DNA of 64,000 nucleotides from an uncultured delta proteobacterium (GTDB lineage: Bacteria; Myxococcota; Myxococcia; Myxococcales; Myxococcaceae). Shown one piece after another: positions 29,336 through 39,410 of the stretch (its first letter is position 1; every line of letters starts with the position of its first letter). A program made the translations under genes and the position numbers. The DNA lies in assembly GCA_963796055.1 (NCBI GenBank), contig CAWCKH010000005.1, forward strand, positions 188,579-252,578, in the 5' to 3' direction. A model generated the notes under the pieces. The model did not search any database, had not been told where the DNA came from, and saw only the letters and a program-made list of their open reading frames with translations.

Positions 29336-30794
29336 CTGATGATCCTACACATGTCAGGGGGCTGTGATCGCGTCGAGGGATGCCGCCGAGCCAGCATGCC
29401 GCAGCCCTTCCTACGCTGTCGTCCGAGCTCGGCGATGCCGACTTGGGCGATGCCCGCCTGACTCGACGACTCGGAAGGCTCGCCGACAGAATCGCTGACC
29501 AGCCCGGGGAGAGTTTCCCCAACGTTTTCGATGATGCCGACCTCGAGGCGGCGTATCGCTTCTTTGGCAACGAAGGGGTCGGCCCCGACGCGATCCTCGC
29601 CCCGCACTTCCGGCAGTCGGCCCGGAGGGCAGCGGGGCTACCGCGAATCATCGTCGCCCATGACACCACGGCGTTCGAGTTCGGCGGCCAAACGAAGCGT
29701 GCGGGTCTTGGCCATCTGATACGCCCGTCGGCACAGGGCTTCTTCGGGCACTTCTCTCTCGGCATGAGTGCTGATGGGGAGCGCACCCCACTGGGGCTGT
29801 TGGCGATGGAGACGGTATTCCGTCTCCAGGAGTCCATCGGCCACAAGGAATGGTCGCGCGAGCAGAGCCTCGGTGAGTCGGCCCGTTGGCTTCGTTCCGT
29901 GGAAGCGGTGGAAGCTCAACTGGAAGGCCGCGTTGAAGCCATTCACGTCATGGATCGTGAAGGCGATCAATACGAACTCCTGGCGGCACTCGCCGAGGCA
30001 GTTCGGCCATTCGTCATTCGGTCGTTCCAGGACCGCCGTCTTGTGGGAGAGGACGAGGCTCGTCTTCGAGCCGCTGCCTGCACTGCCAAGGTGACGCTCC
30101 AACGGGATGTTCCTCTATCCCCACGGCCCCACCTCAAAGGCCCGAAGGGCGAGCGCCATCCGGCGCGACGCCATCGCATCGCGAGGCTGAGTTTCGCTGC
30201 CTCCACAGTGGAGTTAGTGCGACCGTCGGACGCAGGGAAGGTGCACGCTCCGACCCTGAGATTGAACGTGATCCACGTTTTCGAGCGCAGACCACCAAAG
30301 GGTGAGCCTCCGGTCGAGTGGTATCTGCTTACCAACCTTCCAACCGACTGCGACGACGCGATCGCTTTTGCTGTCGACTGCTACCGAGCGCGCTGGGTGG
30401 TCGAAGAGTTCTTCAAGGCTCTGAAAACGGGTTGCCAGTTCGAGCGGCGCCAGCTCGAGAGCGCTCCCGCCCTCCTGAATGTGCTCGCAGTACTGGCACC
30501 GGTCGCCTGGCGGCTTCTCCTCCTCCGGCACCTTGCCCGCTCGAAAAGGACAGCTCCGGCCTCGAGTGCGTTGACGCCGAAGCAACTGGAAGTGCTTCGT
30601 GCTGTCGCCAAGAAACCGCTCCGCGCACGACCAACTGCTCGTGACGCCATGCTCGCTGTCGCCTCCCTCGGCGGCCATCTCGCCAGCAACGGCGACCCCG
30701 GTTGGCTCGTCCTTGGCCGCGGCATGCACGATCTGTTGCTTCTAGAGCTCGGTTGGCGCGCGCGGGAACAGGCCGAGATGTGATCAATCATGAG
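29336..30794 (+). mobile_element. IS4-family (IS50-like) insertion sequence
   Basis: Ends CTGATGATCCTACACATGT and (reverse complement) CTCATGATTGATCACATCT; flanked by 11-bp direct repeat AGGCCTCCGCT (29325-29335, 30795-30805). Confidence 0.85.
29380..30783 (+). CDS. IS4/Tn5-type DDE transposase
   Basis: LGDARLTRRL, HDTT, DREGD, YRARWVVEEFFKALK (YREK motif), LGGHL...PG. Confidence 0.92.
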   Translation: MPPSQHAAALPTLSSELGDADLGDARLTRRLGRLADRIADQPGESFPNVFDDADLEAAYRFFGNEGVGPDAILAPHFRQSARRAAGLPRIIVAHDTTAFEFGGQTKRAGLGHLIRPSAQGFFGHFSLGMSADGERTPLGLLAMETVFRLQESIGHKEWSREQSLGESARWLRSVEAVEAQLEGRVEAIHVMDREGDQYELLAALAEAVRPFVIRSFQDRRLVGEDEARLRAAACTAKVTLQRDVPLSPRPHLKGPKGERHPARRHRIARLSFAASTVELVRPSDAGKVHAPTLRLNVIHVFERRPPKGEPPVEWYLLTNLPTDCDDAIAFAVDCYRARWVVEEFFKALKTGCQFERRQLESAPALLNVLAVLAPVAWRLLLLRHLARSKRTAPASSALTPKQLEVLRAVAKKPLRARPTARDAMLAVASLGGHLASNGDPGWLVLGRGMHDLLLLELGWRAREQAEM

Positions 30795-30989
30795 AGGCCT
30801 CCGCTAAGACCTCCGCTAGGCCCGGCAACGACGGCACCCAGCTCAGCCGGTCGAGGATAGCGTTCGCGGTGCGGAAGGACTTGGATGGCGCGCTCGAAGG
30901 TTCCGTCCGTGCCGCACTGCAGGAACCAGCCGAAGATGTTCCCTCGATGGGGTCTGCGTCGGGCGCGAGATAAGGCGCATTCTCGGTGG

Positions 30990-31107
30990 CGTCCCGGATC
31001 TGCGCCGCGAGGGATCGACGAGCTCCTGCCGGACCACTGGAACCCACCCACCCCGAACACGTCCTGAGCGATCAGCACACCCGGTGATCCAGGGTCGATC
31101 TGTCACC
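30990..31107 (+). pseudogene. Remnant 3' end of a diverged IS66 (tnpC tail plus degenerate terminus)
   Basis: GIDELLPDHWNPPTPNTS* matches RIDELLPDRWMQPAPNTS* of the intact copies; ends in GTCAC instead of GTTAC. Confidence 0.65.
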
Positions 31108-31129
31108 ACTGCGAGATTCGGGATTTCGT

Positions 31130-31175
31130 TGGGCGACCAACCGGGATTGAACTGGTAACCCCCGGAGCCACAGTC
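31130..31175 (-). repeat. tRNA-His 3' half (att-like), copy 1
   Basis: Minus strand GACTGTGGCTCCGGGGGTTACCAGTTCAATCCCGGTTGGTCGCCCA: GTG anticodon loop, T-arm, acceptor 3' strand; no 5' half. Confidence 0.8.
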
Positions 31176-31349
31176 CGAAAAGAACCACCCACTGACCTGA
31201 AGCGTCCGTCAAGACTCTTGACAAGTCTAAGCGATTCCTGGCTTCGACCTGACCACCACCCGGACGAACGCGGATTGCGTCGTCAGGGATTGAGGGAGCG
31301 CCAACTCCCTCAATCTTCCCTCAATCACCTCCCGCGGGGCTGCTTACCG

Positions 31350-31628
31350 ATTCGCGCGGCGCTCGAGCACCGTCACCGTCCGCTCTCCAACCACCCAGGC
31401 CCCTCCCTCTCGCCCCGGCCACCTCCCCGCCCCAGCTCGGCTTCTGGTGAGTGCCGTCCGAGGTTCGAGACTCACCCCCCTGACGCCAGGCTCGGGACTG
31501 CTCTACACTCGGCTGCGGTGAGCACCTCCGCCGAGGCCTCTGGGCACCGTCGCTCCGCCCCTCGCCGGCCGAAGCCACACGCTCCCGACCCAGGCCTCGG
31601 TTCGCAAACCCGGGTTGTACTTCCTTGG
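31350..31628 (+). mobile_element. IS91/ISCR-like 3' end remnant (transposase tail to ori-like terminus)
   Basis: IRAALEH...CCGCCCCAGCTCGGCTTCTGGTGA, shared downstream segment, terminus GGTTGTACTTCCTTGG. Confidence 0.6.
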
Positions 31629-31674
31629 ATCCGACCCCATCCGGCTCACAGGAATCGGGGCTTCAGGCCGCCCG

Positions 31675-33723
31675 TCACTTGGTCCGGGTAAAGGTGTAGT
31701 TCGACTCGATGTAGAAGTCGCCGAAGTGGTCATAATCGCGATACTTCCCAGCGATAGACCTTCGGTCTGAGCTGACCGCGCTGGCCTCATCGGGCGCCAA
31801 TAAGAGCCAAGGGGTGTTCGCCCGTTTGGTGAACATCGACGTGTCTCCGGAACAGTCTGCGGTGACCTCAAACTCGGGCCCATACGTATAGATCGACCCA
31901 TAGTACTGGACTGGGTTGACCGTGGTGTTGAAGACCAGCTCGGAGTCGCGCGAGATCTCCTGGGTCACCTCGAAGGTGATGGACGTGGCCGTGAAGGTAC
32001 AGAACACCCCCGGGGAAGGCGTATCGTCGTATTTCACGCTGCCGCCGGTGACGACGTACCTGGGGTGTGGCTCCGACACCGCCTGGCCCGGCGCGAACTT
32101 GAGGGTCAAGTGGGTGGTGGAGGACCACTCTGTTTTAGGAATGTTTTTGGTAAACCCGGCCGTGGCTACCGCGTCGAGCTGCCACTCGAAGCCCATGATG
32201 GGTTCCGAACCGGTGAGCGTTGCGCCCGACTCGTGTTTGCTCTCACCCCCGTCGTGCAGGTTTACCCAGGCGCGGAACTGTACCGGGGCTGCCTGCTTGA
32301 GGTCGTAGGACAGCGGCAGAATGCCGCTCAGGGTCCATTGGTCCTCGTCGTTGCGCTGGCCGCTGGCGAGGGCCACCGGCACGGTCTCTTTACCGTCGAT
32401 TGAGACATGAACCATCATATCGGCGGCCAGCTCCTGCTTGACCCCATCGATTCGGACCAAGAATGGTGCGGCATCGGGCGTCCCGTCGTTTTCGGTACCC
32501 TGGATCTCCACCAAGTCTGATGGCGTGAGGATCTGACCGGTAGCGGGGTTTAGCAGGTAGACCACTTCGCGAATCCTGAGGTCACCCCCTTCGGTACGGC
32601 CGGCCAGGAGCAAGGTGGGAGCGCTCCGACCGGGTGCCGCCGTACCAACCTTGAGTGTCCCAAGCTGGTCGTAGGCAACCTGGGCAGGATACCCACGCTC
32701 CGCCAGAGCATCGTACAGCGCAACGGCGGCAGCGGCAGCATCATCCGAATCGACCGTCTCGGTCCAACCAAACACCACGCTCGTACTTCCTTTGATGGCA
32801 TCGACCAGGTCGGTGGCCTGAGGTCCGAAGGATTGGCAGGCGTTGAGGAAGACCAACGTGTTCTTCAGCCCGGCCGGGTAGTGAGCCCGAAAGAAGTCCG
32901 CGTCGAGCGTCAGATACTCGGTCTTTGGCCCCTTGGCGTAAGTCACACCCTCGAGGGTCAGCGCACGCAGCTTCTCGGCTTTGGTTCCGGGACCGGCGGG
33001 AAGATGGTTGTTGAGCACGCCTCCTATCAGCATCGCCTTGCACTGCCCCTCGTGGCAGATACGTGTTCCGTGACTGGAGACGTGGACGACCTGGTAATCG
33101 TTCCAATGCATGAAGCTCTCCGGACCGACGTTCTTCGAGCTCTGCTGCGCATTTTCTTGATACGTGACCCCGCTCTCGTATCCGCGGGTCCCCGAGAGGA
33201 TCGCGGCCACGGCCGAGGATTCATCGGAGTCGGGCCAATTCCAGTGGAAGGGCGAGAGGACCAGAGCCTTCTTCTTGGCTGCCTCGGGGCCCGCGGCGAC
33301 CCACGAGGCGGTCCGCGGGATACGAGCTGGGGAAGGGACAGGGGGCACGCCCGAGAAGGACTCAGGGCTGAAGGCCCCTTTCCCCAGGATCCAAATCCCG
33401 GTCCCTCCTTTGGGTCGGAACCAGATGCCGGTCTCATCCCACCTCACTTCCGCCACGTCGGACTGGCCAGCGAGGAACCCCGCGACGTCGCTGGTCGGGG
33501 CGCCACCCTCCAACCGTGCCAGCGCTTCATCGCCGAGTGCATCCCCGCGCTCCAGGACCGCGATGGGAACTTCCGAGAGGGAGCAGGGATAACCGCGAAC
33601 CTGGCACTCCAGAGGACCGGTCCGCCCCGGGGCCGGCCCCGATGGCGAAGCAGAGCCGCACGAGGCGGTCGTGACAGCAATTCCTGTAGCGAGGAGGAGC
33701 GAAGATACTTGCAGCGACTGCAT
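31675..33723 (-). CDS. Large lipoprotein with clan CD protease-like His/Cys motifs
   Basis: Lipobox-like TASC; VHVSSHG and VFLNACQS; lower GC than the flanking genes. Confidence 0.65.
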   Translation of the reverse strand: MQSLQVSSLLLATGIAVTTASCGSASPSGPAPGRTGPLECQVRGYPCSLSEVPIAVLERGDALGDEALARLEGGAPTSDVAGFLAGQSDVAEVRWDETGIWFRPKGGTGIWILGKGAFSPESFSGVPPVPSPARIPRTASWVAAGPEAAKKKALVLSPFHWNWPDSDESSAVAAILSGTRGYESGVTYQENAQQSSKNVGPESFMHWNDYQVVHVSSHGTRICHEGQCKAMLIGGVLNNHLPAGPGTKAEKLRALTLEGVTYAKGPKTEYLTLDADFFRAHYPAGLKNTLVFLNACQSFGPQATDLVDAIKGSTSVVFGWTETVDSDDAAAAAVALYDALAERGYPAQVAYDQLGTLKVGTAAPGRSAPTLLLAGRTEGGDLRIREVVYLLNPATGQILTPSDLVEIQGTENDGTPDAAPFLVRIDGVKQELAADMMVHVSIDGKETVPVALASGQRNDEDQWTLSGILPLSYDLKQAAPVQFRAWVNLHDGGESKHESGATLTGSEPIMGFEWQLDAVATAGFTKNIPKTEWSSTTHLTLKFAPGQAVSEPHPRYVVTGGSVKYDDTPSPGVFCTFTATSITFEVTQEISRDSELVFNTTVNPVQYYGSIYTYGPEFEVTADCSGDTSMFTKRANTPWLLLAPDEASAVSSDRRSIAGKYRDYDHFGDFYIESNYTFTRTK

Positions 33724-33882
33724 GGAGAACCCCCCGACAGCACCAAGGTAGCGTTAGGTGACGCGACCGTCCAGACACTGCTGTCCGCCCACTGGTGGGC
33801 GGTCGGCGACACACCGGGAGGGAAGCAGGCGAGTGGTGGGGTGCCAGGAACTGGTGGATTACACTCCAGGACGGGGGACAGT

Positions 33883-34630
33883 TGTACAGACTGCTACGCC
33901 GAGGTGCTGGTCCCCATCTCCTGCAAGTCACGCGGGGTGTGCCCCTCCTGCAACGCCTGCCGAGAGCACGACACGGCCATCCACCTCGTTGAGCGGGTGC
34001 TTCCCCGGACTCCGGACCGCCCGTGGACGCTCCCACTCCCCATACCCGTGCGCTTCGCTCTGGCCAGGAATGCCCGACTCCTCTCGCTAGTGCTGGGACT
34101 CTTCGTCCGTGCGCTCTTTGCCGTCCAGCGCCGGACGGCTAGGCGGCTCGGGGTGTCCCGGCCGCTGACCGGCGCCGTGGCCCTCGTCCAGCGCTTCGGT
34201 TCGGCGCTGCAGCTGACGCCCCACTTCCACGTCCTCGTCCCCGAGGCCGGCTTCGAGGAGATGGACGAGGGGAGCTGCGGCTGGACCTCTACCGCGGCCC
34301 ACCGACGCCGAGGTGGAGACGCGTCGCCGTCCCCGTCGCCCGGCGCGCCCTCGCGCTGTTCCGTGGCGCGCGGGGTGCTCGAGGAGGAAGCCATGCCGGA
34401 CGGAGCGCTCGATGTCCTGCAGCTCGAGAGCCTCCAGGTGCTGGCCGCTTCCGCCCGCCGTGCGTCCGATCCGCCGGACTGCCTTCGTCGACGGCTTCTC
34501 GCTCCACGCCGACACCTGGCTTCACGAGAATGACGTCGTTGGCCTCGAGCGCCTGTGCAACTACGGCGCCCGAGGGCCACTGTCGCTCGAGCGACTCTCC
34601 GCCTTGCCTGACGGACGGCTCGCTTGCCGC
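33883..34630 (+). pseudogene. IS91/ISCR-like HUH transposase, truncated and frameshifted
   Basis: CTDC...SCKSRGVCPSC zinc domain, QRFGSALQLTPHFHVL HUH motif, then in another frame GFSLHA...LERLCNYGAR. Confidence 0.85.
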
Positions 34631-34898
34631 GGCGACAGCTTGAATGGACCCGCGGAAATTTGGATCTCTCCTCGTAGCCCTCACCATTCCCTCATTCGTC
34701 GCCAATGCATCGGAACTACTCAGGTGATATTGGCGAACCCCCGGATGCTCGGTCCGGCGCTAGCCGCCGGTTTTCGCAACGATTCAGGCGTCTTCGAACG
34801 TAGCTCCGTAGCGCTGCCGACTCGCGCATCCTGACGATTTCCCGCAGCACACGTGGGATGTGTCGGACGAGCTACCGGCGAAAAGGCGTGTAATTTCC

Positions 34899-34944
34899 TG
34901 GGCGACCAACCGGGATTGAACCGGTAACCCCCGGAGCCACAGTC
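34899..34944 (-). repeat. tRNA-His 3' half (att-like), copy 2
   Basis: Minus strand GACTGTGGCTCCGGGGGTTACCGGTTCAATCCCGGTTGGTCGCCCA. Confidence 0.8.
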
Positions 34945-35099
34945 TGGGCAGGCGGGTTGAGCAAGAACGGTACCAGCGCCGTACTACTTAAGAATGTTCG
35001 ATAGACGCACCGACCCTCGGCGATCATCGAAGTTCCATTCTTCGGATTGGGGGCATCTGAGCCCCCAGCGGTGCCCCCACGGGGCTTGATCAGAAGGGT

Positions 35100-35310
35100 G
35101 GAGTGGCTGGGCTCGGTTGCCGTTGTCCTCCGTTCCGCCACTGCCCGGGCCATCCTGGAGCATCTGCGGCTCCCCTCCAGGCCCCTCCTCTCGCGCCGGC
35201 CCCCCCCGCCCCAGCTCGGCCTCTGGTGAGTGCCGTCCGAGGTTCGAGACGTGCCCACCCCGACGACGGGCCACGCAGTGCTCTACCCTCAGCAGCGGTG
35301 AGCACTCCTT
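35100..35310 (+). mobile_element. IS91/ISCR-like transposase C-terminus and downstream repeat
   Basis: AVVLRSATARAILEHLRLPSRP...PPPQLGLW*, followed by the segment shared with 31450-31530. Confidence 0.7.
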
Positions 35311-35559
35311 CCGACTGCCTCCTGCCTTCGTCGTCTCAGCGCCAGGTCATGGCGCGGGAGGCAGCAACTCACGGACGGTTGCCACACCCTGAACCGCTCC
35401 GCTGCGTCGGCCTCCGGTAAGAGCAACACCACGGAAATCCGGGACTTGGAATTCGCGAATTTCCCTGCATCAGCTCGGTCGCCCGCTTACCGATCGGGCA
35501 CAGTTCTCCAGGGTGGTGAGCGGGCGGCTTCTGTCGCCTGATGCAACCAGGAGGCGGCC

Positions 35560-38001
35560 ATGAAAAGGATTGCATCGCTCCTGGGCTCGCTCCTGTTGTT
35601 CTCCTGTAGCGGGCTGGAAGGCGCGACGTCCGAGCAGGAGCTGGCGGTGCACGAGCGCGGGCCCACCGCGCTCGACCTCGTGCAGGACCCGAGCATTCTC
35701 GTCGACCCCCTGGTCAGCGCGATCGACCGAACGCTCGCCGAGATCGATCAGGCCGCCCCGGTTCGCCGCGATCCTGGCACCGACGTCTCAGAGAACTTGA
35801 TGCCATTTCGCCGCCTGTTGCTGGCAAGCCGCGCGGCGCTCGATCAGGCACACCGACAGCTTCCTGACGGCGACGTGTGCAAGGGATCCGAGTCACTCTT
35901 CCTGGCGCGGCAGGGCCTCGACCTGCTCGTCGCCACGGCCAAGCTCGCCGAACGCCTGGTCACCGCCCCCAGGGATCCTGACACCCAGAGCGGAGACGCA
36001 ACCCCGCAGGGCGGCCGATTGGCTGTCGTCCATTATTTTGAACTGCAGTTTGCGGAGATGGCGGCGGACGCGCGGGACGCCGAAACGGCGGTTCGCGCTC
36101 TGTGCCGATCGCTCAGTGCTCCCCGCACCGTCACCGGGACCGTCATGAAGATCGACGACGCCAGGCGACGCATCCGACTCGCCGACGGCACCATCCTTGG
36201 ATTGCGCGAAACCCGCGATCGGAATCCCATCTCTGCGGGCGTCCGGATCAGCGCCCAGGCGCGCTTCTTCGCGGATGGAAGCGGCTTCGCCACGGTCTAC
36301 GACGTGGTCACACTTCAAAACGGTGACGTCGCGCTCGCCCCGTGCATTGACGTCCGGGTGGCCCCGGTTCAACCGTTCCCGCCTCTCTTCTCGAATGGGA
36401 CCGCCCTGGGAACGGACGGCCGCACCGGCCTACCAGCACCCCTGCCCGGCGCTGGCCCCTACGGCCTGACTCGGATCGCGGGTTTGGAGCAGGCCCAGAA
36501 TCTCCACTATTTCGAAGCCGGCATGCGGATGGCCGCGGTCAAACAGGCGTGCCTTGCCGATATCGACGATACCGACGCGCAGTTCCATCGCTTCAGCCTG
36601 GAGATCACTTACATCGCCGGAGGCTCCACCTATAACGTCGCCGATCAACTCGAGCCGGGTGACGCACCCGCGCCCTTCCCGCCCAACACGCCGATCGCCT
36701 CCTCGGGCCTCCTGCGGGTTCGAACCAAGGTGCAGGAATGCCATCTCGCCGTCGGTCAAACTCCATTCAAGTCGCGACTGTCTCCCGATGAGATTCATGC
36801 CTGCAGCCCGACGGAGAGCGAGTGTGCGTGCGACCCGAACGCATCCTTCTGCCCGGTCCTGCCCGACTTCGACGACTTCTTCGTCGACGACCCGTATGTT
36901 TGCACCGCGCCGCAGTACCTCGGCGTACAGTTCTTCCCGATCACCTTCGGTGCCCAGGGCTCGTTCTGCGCACTCGAGTACGCGCAAAAGACGTTCGATC
37001 TCGAAGACGACGACGTGAGTAGTTTCCGCAGCACCCAGATTAGCGGCGTGACGAAGAGCTTCTCCTCCCCCACCGCCTTCTGGGCCGATGGCTACGTTCC
37101 CCAGGCGCCGGCGCCGTACTCCGGCAGCACGACCATCGTGACGCCCATGAAGGTGCAGGACCAGCAGAGCTTCGGCATCTTCAGCTTCGAGCCTTGCGGG
37201 CCCGTGTTTTCCCCGGGCAACAGCACACCCACCAGCGGCTGCTTCTTCCCAGATGACACTGCGTTCGCGCGGAACGCATTCGGCGTGACCAGGCCAGCGG
37301 GCCTACGCTGGCCCCGTATCGTGGGCAAGAATCTTCTCGGCAACGAGACCTACGCCTACTCCTGCACCGTTCCGCGCATCACCCGCGACGCGCTCGGGTT
37401 CTGTGGCCTGGGATCGGAGCCCATGTTTTATCGATCTCCCTTTGGTCCTGACGCACTGCCGCCGCTTCCCAGCACAGTAACCATGGGTCAGGCGAACTGT
37501 GCTTGCTGCGGTAATTGTGGCTGCACGCACTGTTGCGGGTGCGCTCAACACTACGCCTTTGACTTCAAGCCCAATGTCGTCGGATCGGCGATCCGGGCGA
37601 CGCGTGGTGGTGTGGTCAAGGATCTCGTCACCACCGCCGCCGACACCGACAACTGCTGGCAAAAGCCGTGTCTGGGACCAGGCGGTGCGTGGGGCAACTA
37701 CGTCACCATCGAGCATCAAGATGGAACCGCAGGCTCCTACATGCACATGCCCTTCGGGTTCCCGAGCGTCGTCAAAGGGCAGCACATCAAGCGAGGTGAT
37801 GTCATCGGCATCGAGGGAAACACTGGAAACTCGTCCGAGCCGCACACCCATCATCAGGAGCAGGTGTCGGTTTCCAATGGCACCACGCAGCTGATGCTCT
37901 ATCGAATCGCCCGGTTTGATGGCGGCATCCTGAATGGCTCCTGGACGACGCTCGACTGCTATACGCCGGTGAGCGGTGACCTGCTGACCTGGGTTCACTG
38001 A
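35560..38001 (+). CDS. Cys-rich lipoprotein with C-terminal M23 peptidase domain
   Basis: RBS GGAGG; lipobox LFSC; HYAFD, GNYVTIEH..G..Y.H and GNTGNSSEPHTH M23 motifs. Confidence 0.8.
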   Translation: MKRIASLLGSLLLFSCSGLEGATSEQELAVHERGPTALDLVQDPSILVDPLVSAIDRTLAEIDQAAPVRRDPGTDVSENLMPFRRLLLASRAALDQAHRQLPDGDVCKGSESLFLARQGLDLLVATAKLAERLVTAPRDPDTQSGDATPQGGRLAVVHYFELQFAEMAADARDAETAVRALCRSLSAPRTVTGTVMKIDDARRRIRLADGTILGLRETRDRNPISAGVRISAQARFFADGSGFATVYDVVTLQNGDVALAPCIDVRVAPVQPFPPLFSNGTALGTDGRTGLPAPLPGAGPYGLTRIAGLEQAQNLHYFEAGMRMAAVKQACLADIDDTDAQFHRFSLEITYIAGGSTYNVADQLEPGDAPAPFPPNTPIASSGLLRVRTKVQECHLAVGQTPFKSRLSPDEIHACSPTESECACDPNASFCPVLPDFDDFFVDDPYVCTAPQYLGVQFFPITFGAQGSFCALEYAQKTFDLEDDDVSSFRSTQISGVTKSFSSPTAFWADGYVPQAPAPYSGSTTIVTPMKVQDQQSFGIFSFEPCGPVFSPGNSTPTSGCFFPDDTAFARNAFGVTRPAGLRWPRIVGKNLLGNETYAYSCTVPRITRDALGFCGLGSEPMFYRSPFGPDALPPLPSTVTMGQANCACCGNCGCTHCCGCAQHYAFDFKPNVVGSAIRATRGGVVKDLVTTAADTDNCWQKPCLGPGGAWGNYVTIEHQDGTAGSYMHMPFGFPSVVKGQHIKRGDVIGIEGNTGNSSEPHTHHQEQVSVSNGTTQLMLYRIARFDGGILNGSWTTLDCYTPVSGDLLTWVH

Positions 38002-38074
38002 TCAGCAAATCAGCCCCTCGGCCTGTTGCAGTGGTGTGTCGAGCGAGGCCGGCCCACTCGTGGAGTGCCTCCAG

Positions 38075-38165
38075 GCATCAGAGCGTCCCGAGCGTCACTG
38101 AGCGCTACGCACACCTTGGCAGGAGTGACCCTCCACGATGCGGTGCGGGTGCTCAAGGCCAACTT
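38075..38165 (+). pseudogene. Degraded C-terminus of a tyrosine integrase
   Basis: RHQSV..VTERYAHL and, in a shifted frame, TLHDAVRVL, just upstream of tRNA-His half copy 3. Confidence 0.5.
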
Positions 38166-38264
38166 TCTCGAGCGTCCCGCATCGCCCGCGACAAGTCGAG
38201 GCACAAGGGGAGTACATGCGGGAACGGTAGAAGGGCAGAGCGGACCAAAAGTCCTGCAATTTCC

Positions 38265-38310
38265 TGGGCGACAAACCGGGAGTGAACCGGTAACCCCCGG
38301 AGCCACAGTC
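38265..38310 (-). repeat. tRNA-His 3' half (att-like), copy 3
   Basis: Two substitutions relative to copy 2; shares the flank AATTTCC with copy 2. Confidence 0.78.
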
Positions 38311-38403
38311 CCGCCCGAGGCGGACGAGTAGCGCTGGGACGTCCAGATTCCCTCGGGTTAGTCCTGCCTGGTCCAGCCAAGCAGCCGGCTGTCCGGAGCA
38401 ACC

Positions 38404-39140
38404 GAGCGCGCCTCTCTGGCGGACAAATTGCGGACACTTCTCCAGGAACTCGAGGCCTAAAGTCACGTCCCGCAATCAATTGCGGGATCGGCGTTTTGGG
38501 GCTCGAAATGGCTCTCGAATCCGCCCGAAAGTACGCTCCACAATGCGCTCCCGGATCGGGCGCATTGTCGGGCCGTTTGCCGGGCCGAATGCCGGGCGGC
38601 TTCGAGCAGCCGTCGTCAAGCAGGTCGCGCCCTTCCGCCCTCGCCCACCCGGTTCGCCTGCAGCACCGGGAGTAGCCCTGCGTTTCCCGCTCACGCCCTC
38701 GCAACCATGAAACTGAGGGCGTGAGCGGGGAACTCGGGGTACCCCTGAATTCGAACGGGGTGGGCGAGGGCGAAAGGACCCTCATTTGTTGAGTCCTGAT
38801 GAGGAAAGGTCTTGAGATGGAGTGAAGAAGGAAGGGAGGGCAGTGAGAAAGGCGTAAGCAACGATGGAACGTGCATCCCCCGAGGGGCTCGAGCAAACCG
38901 GTCGGCGCGGGCGGCTGAGGCGAAAGGACCGACAGCTGGTTGGCGCACTTGGACTTTGTCGGTACCTGACCATCCGGCAAGTCATCGAACTCGGAGTGGG
39001 CGCCAAGACGGAGAAGGCAACCGGGTACAGGCTCCGCGGCCTGGCCGGCGAGGAAACGAGGTCCAAGGTGCGAGCATCGAGGCCCGCGCCGTTGAGATGC
39101 TTTCCTTTTCCGTTCCTTCGAGGACGAACGGCTGCACCTG
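38404..39140 (+). repeat. About 735-bp duplicated segment, copy 1 (hairpin-rich leader plus relaxase 5' end)
   Basis: Colinear and highly similar to 53065-53798. Confidence 0.9.
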
Positions 39141-39410
39141 TGGCGCTGACCCCCGCAGGCTATCGCGTGGCCGGCGTCGAGCTGGGTCTCACGCTCCAGG
39201 TTCCGCGAACCGACATTGGCGCGCAGTTCGCCGAGCACTTCGTGTTGCTGACCGACCTCCTCGTCCAGCTCCTCCGCCCACGCCTGCACCGGCGCGTCCC
39301 TGCGCGACCTCCCCTTCCGGTGGGACGTCGTTGGGGACTTCGACTTGCGCTGGCGAGAGACCGACACCGCGGGCGAAAGCAGGACGCGCCGGTGCTGTGG
39401 CGTGGGCGGA
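38864..39410 (+). pseudogene. Replication-relaxation family protein, truncated
   Basis: RLRRKDRQLVGALGLCRYLTIRQVIEL...RLRGL...ALTPAG...EHFVLLTDL; frame decays after about 39300. Confidence 0.6.

Noticed and set aside
31130..38310. CRISPR array or complete tRNA-His genes
   Set aside because: The repeats are kilobases apart with no cas genes, and they lack the D-arm and 5' acceptor strand.
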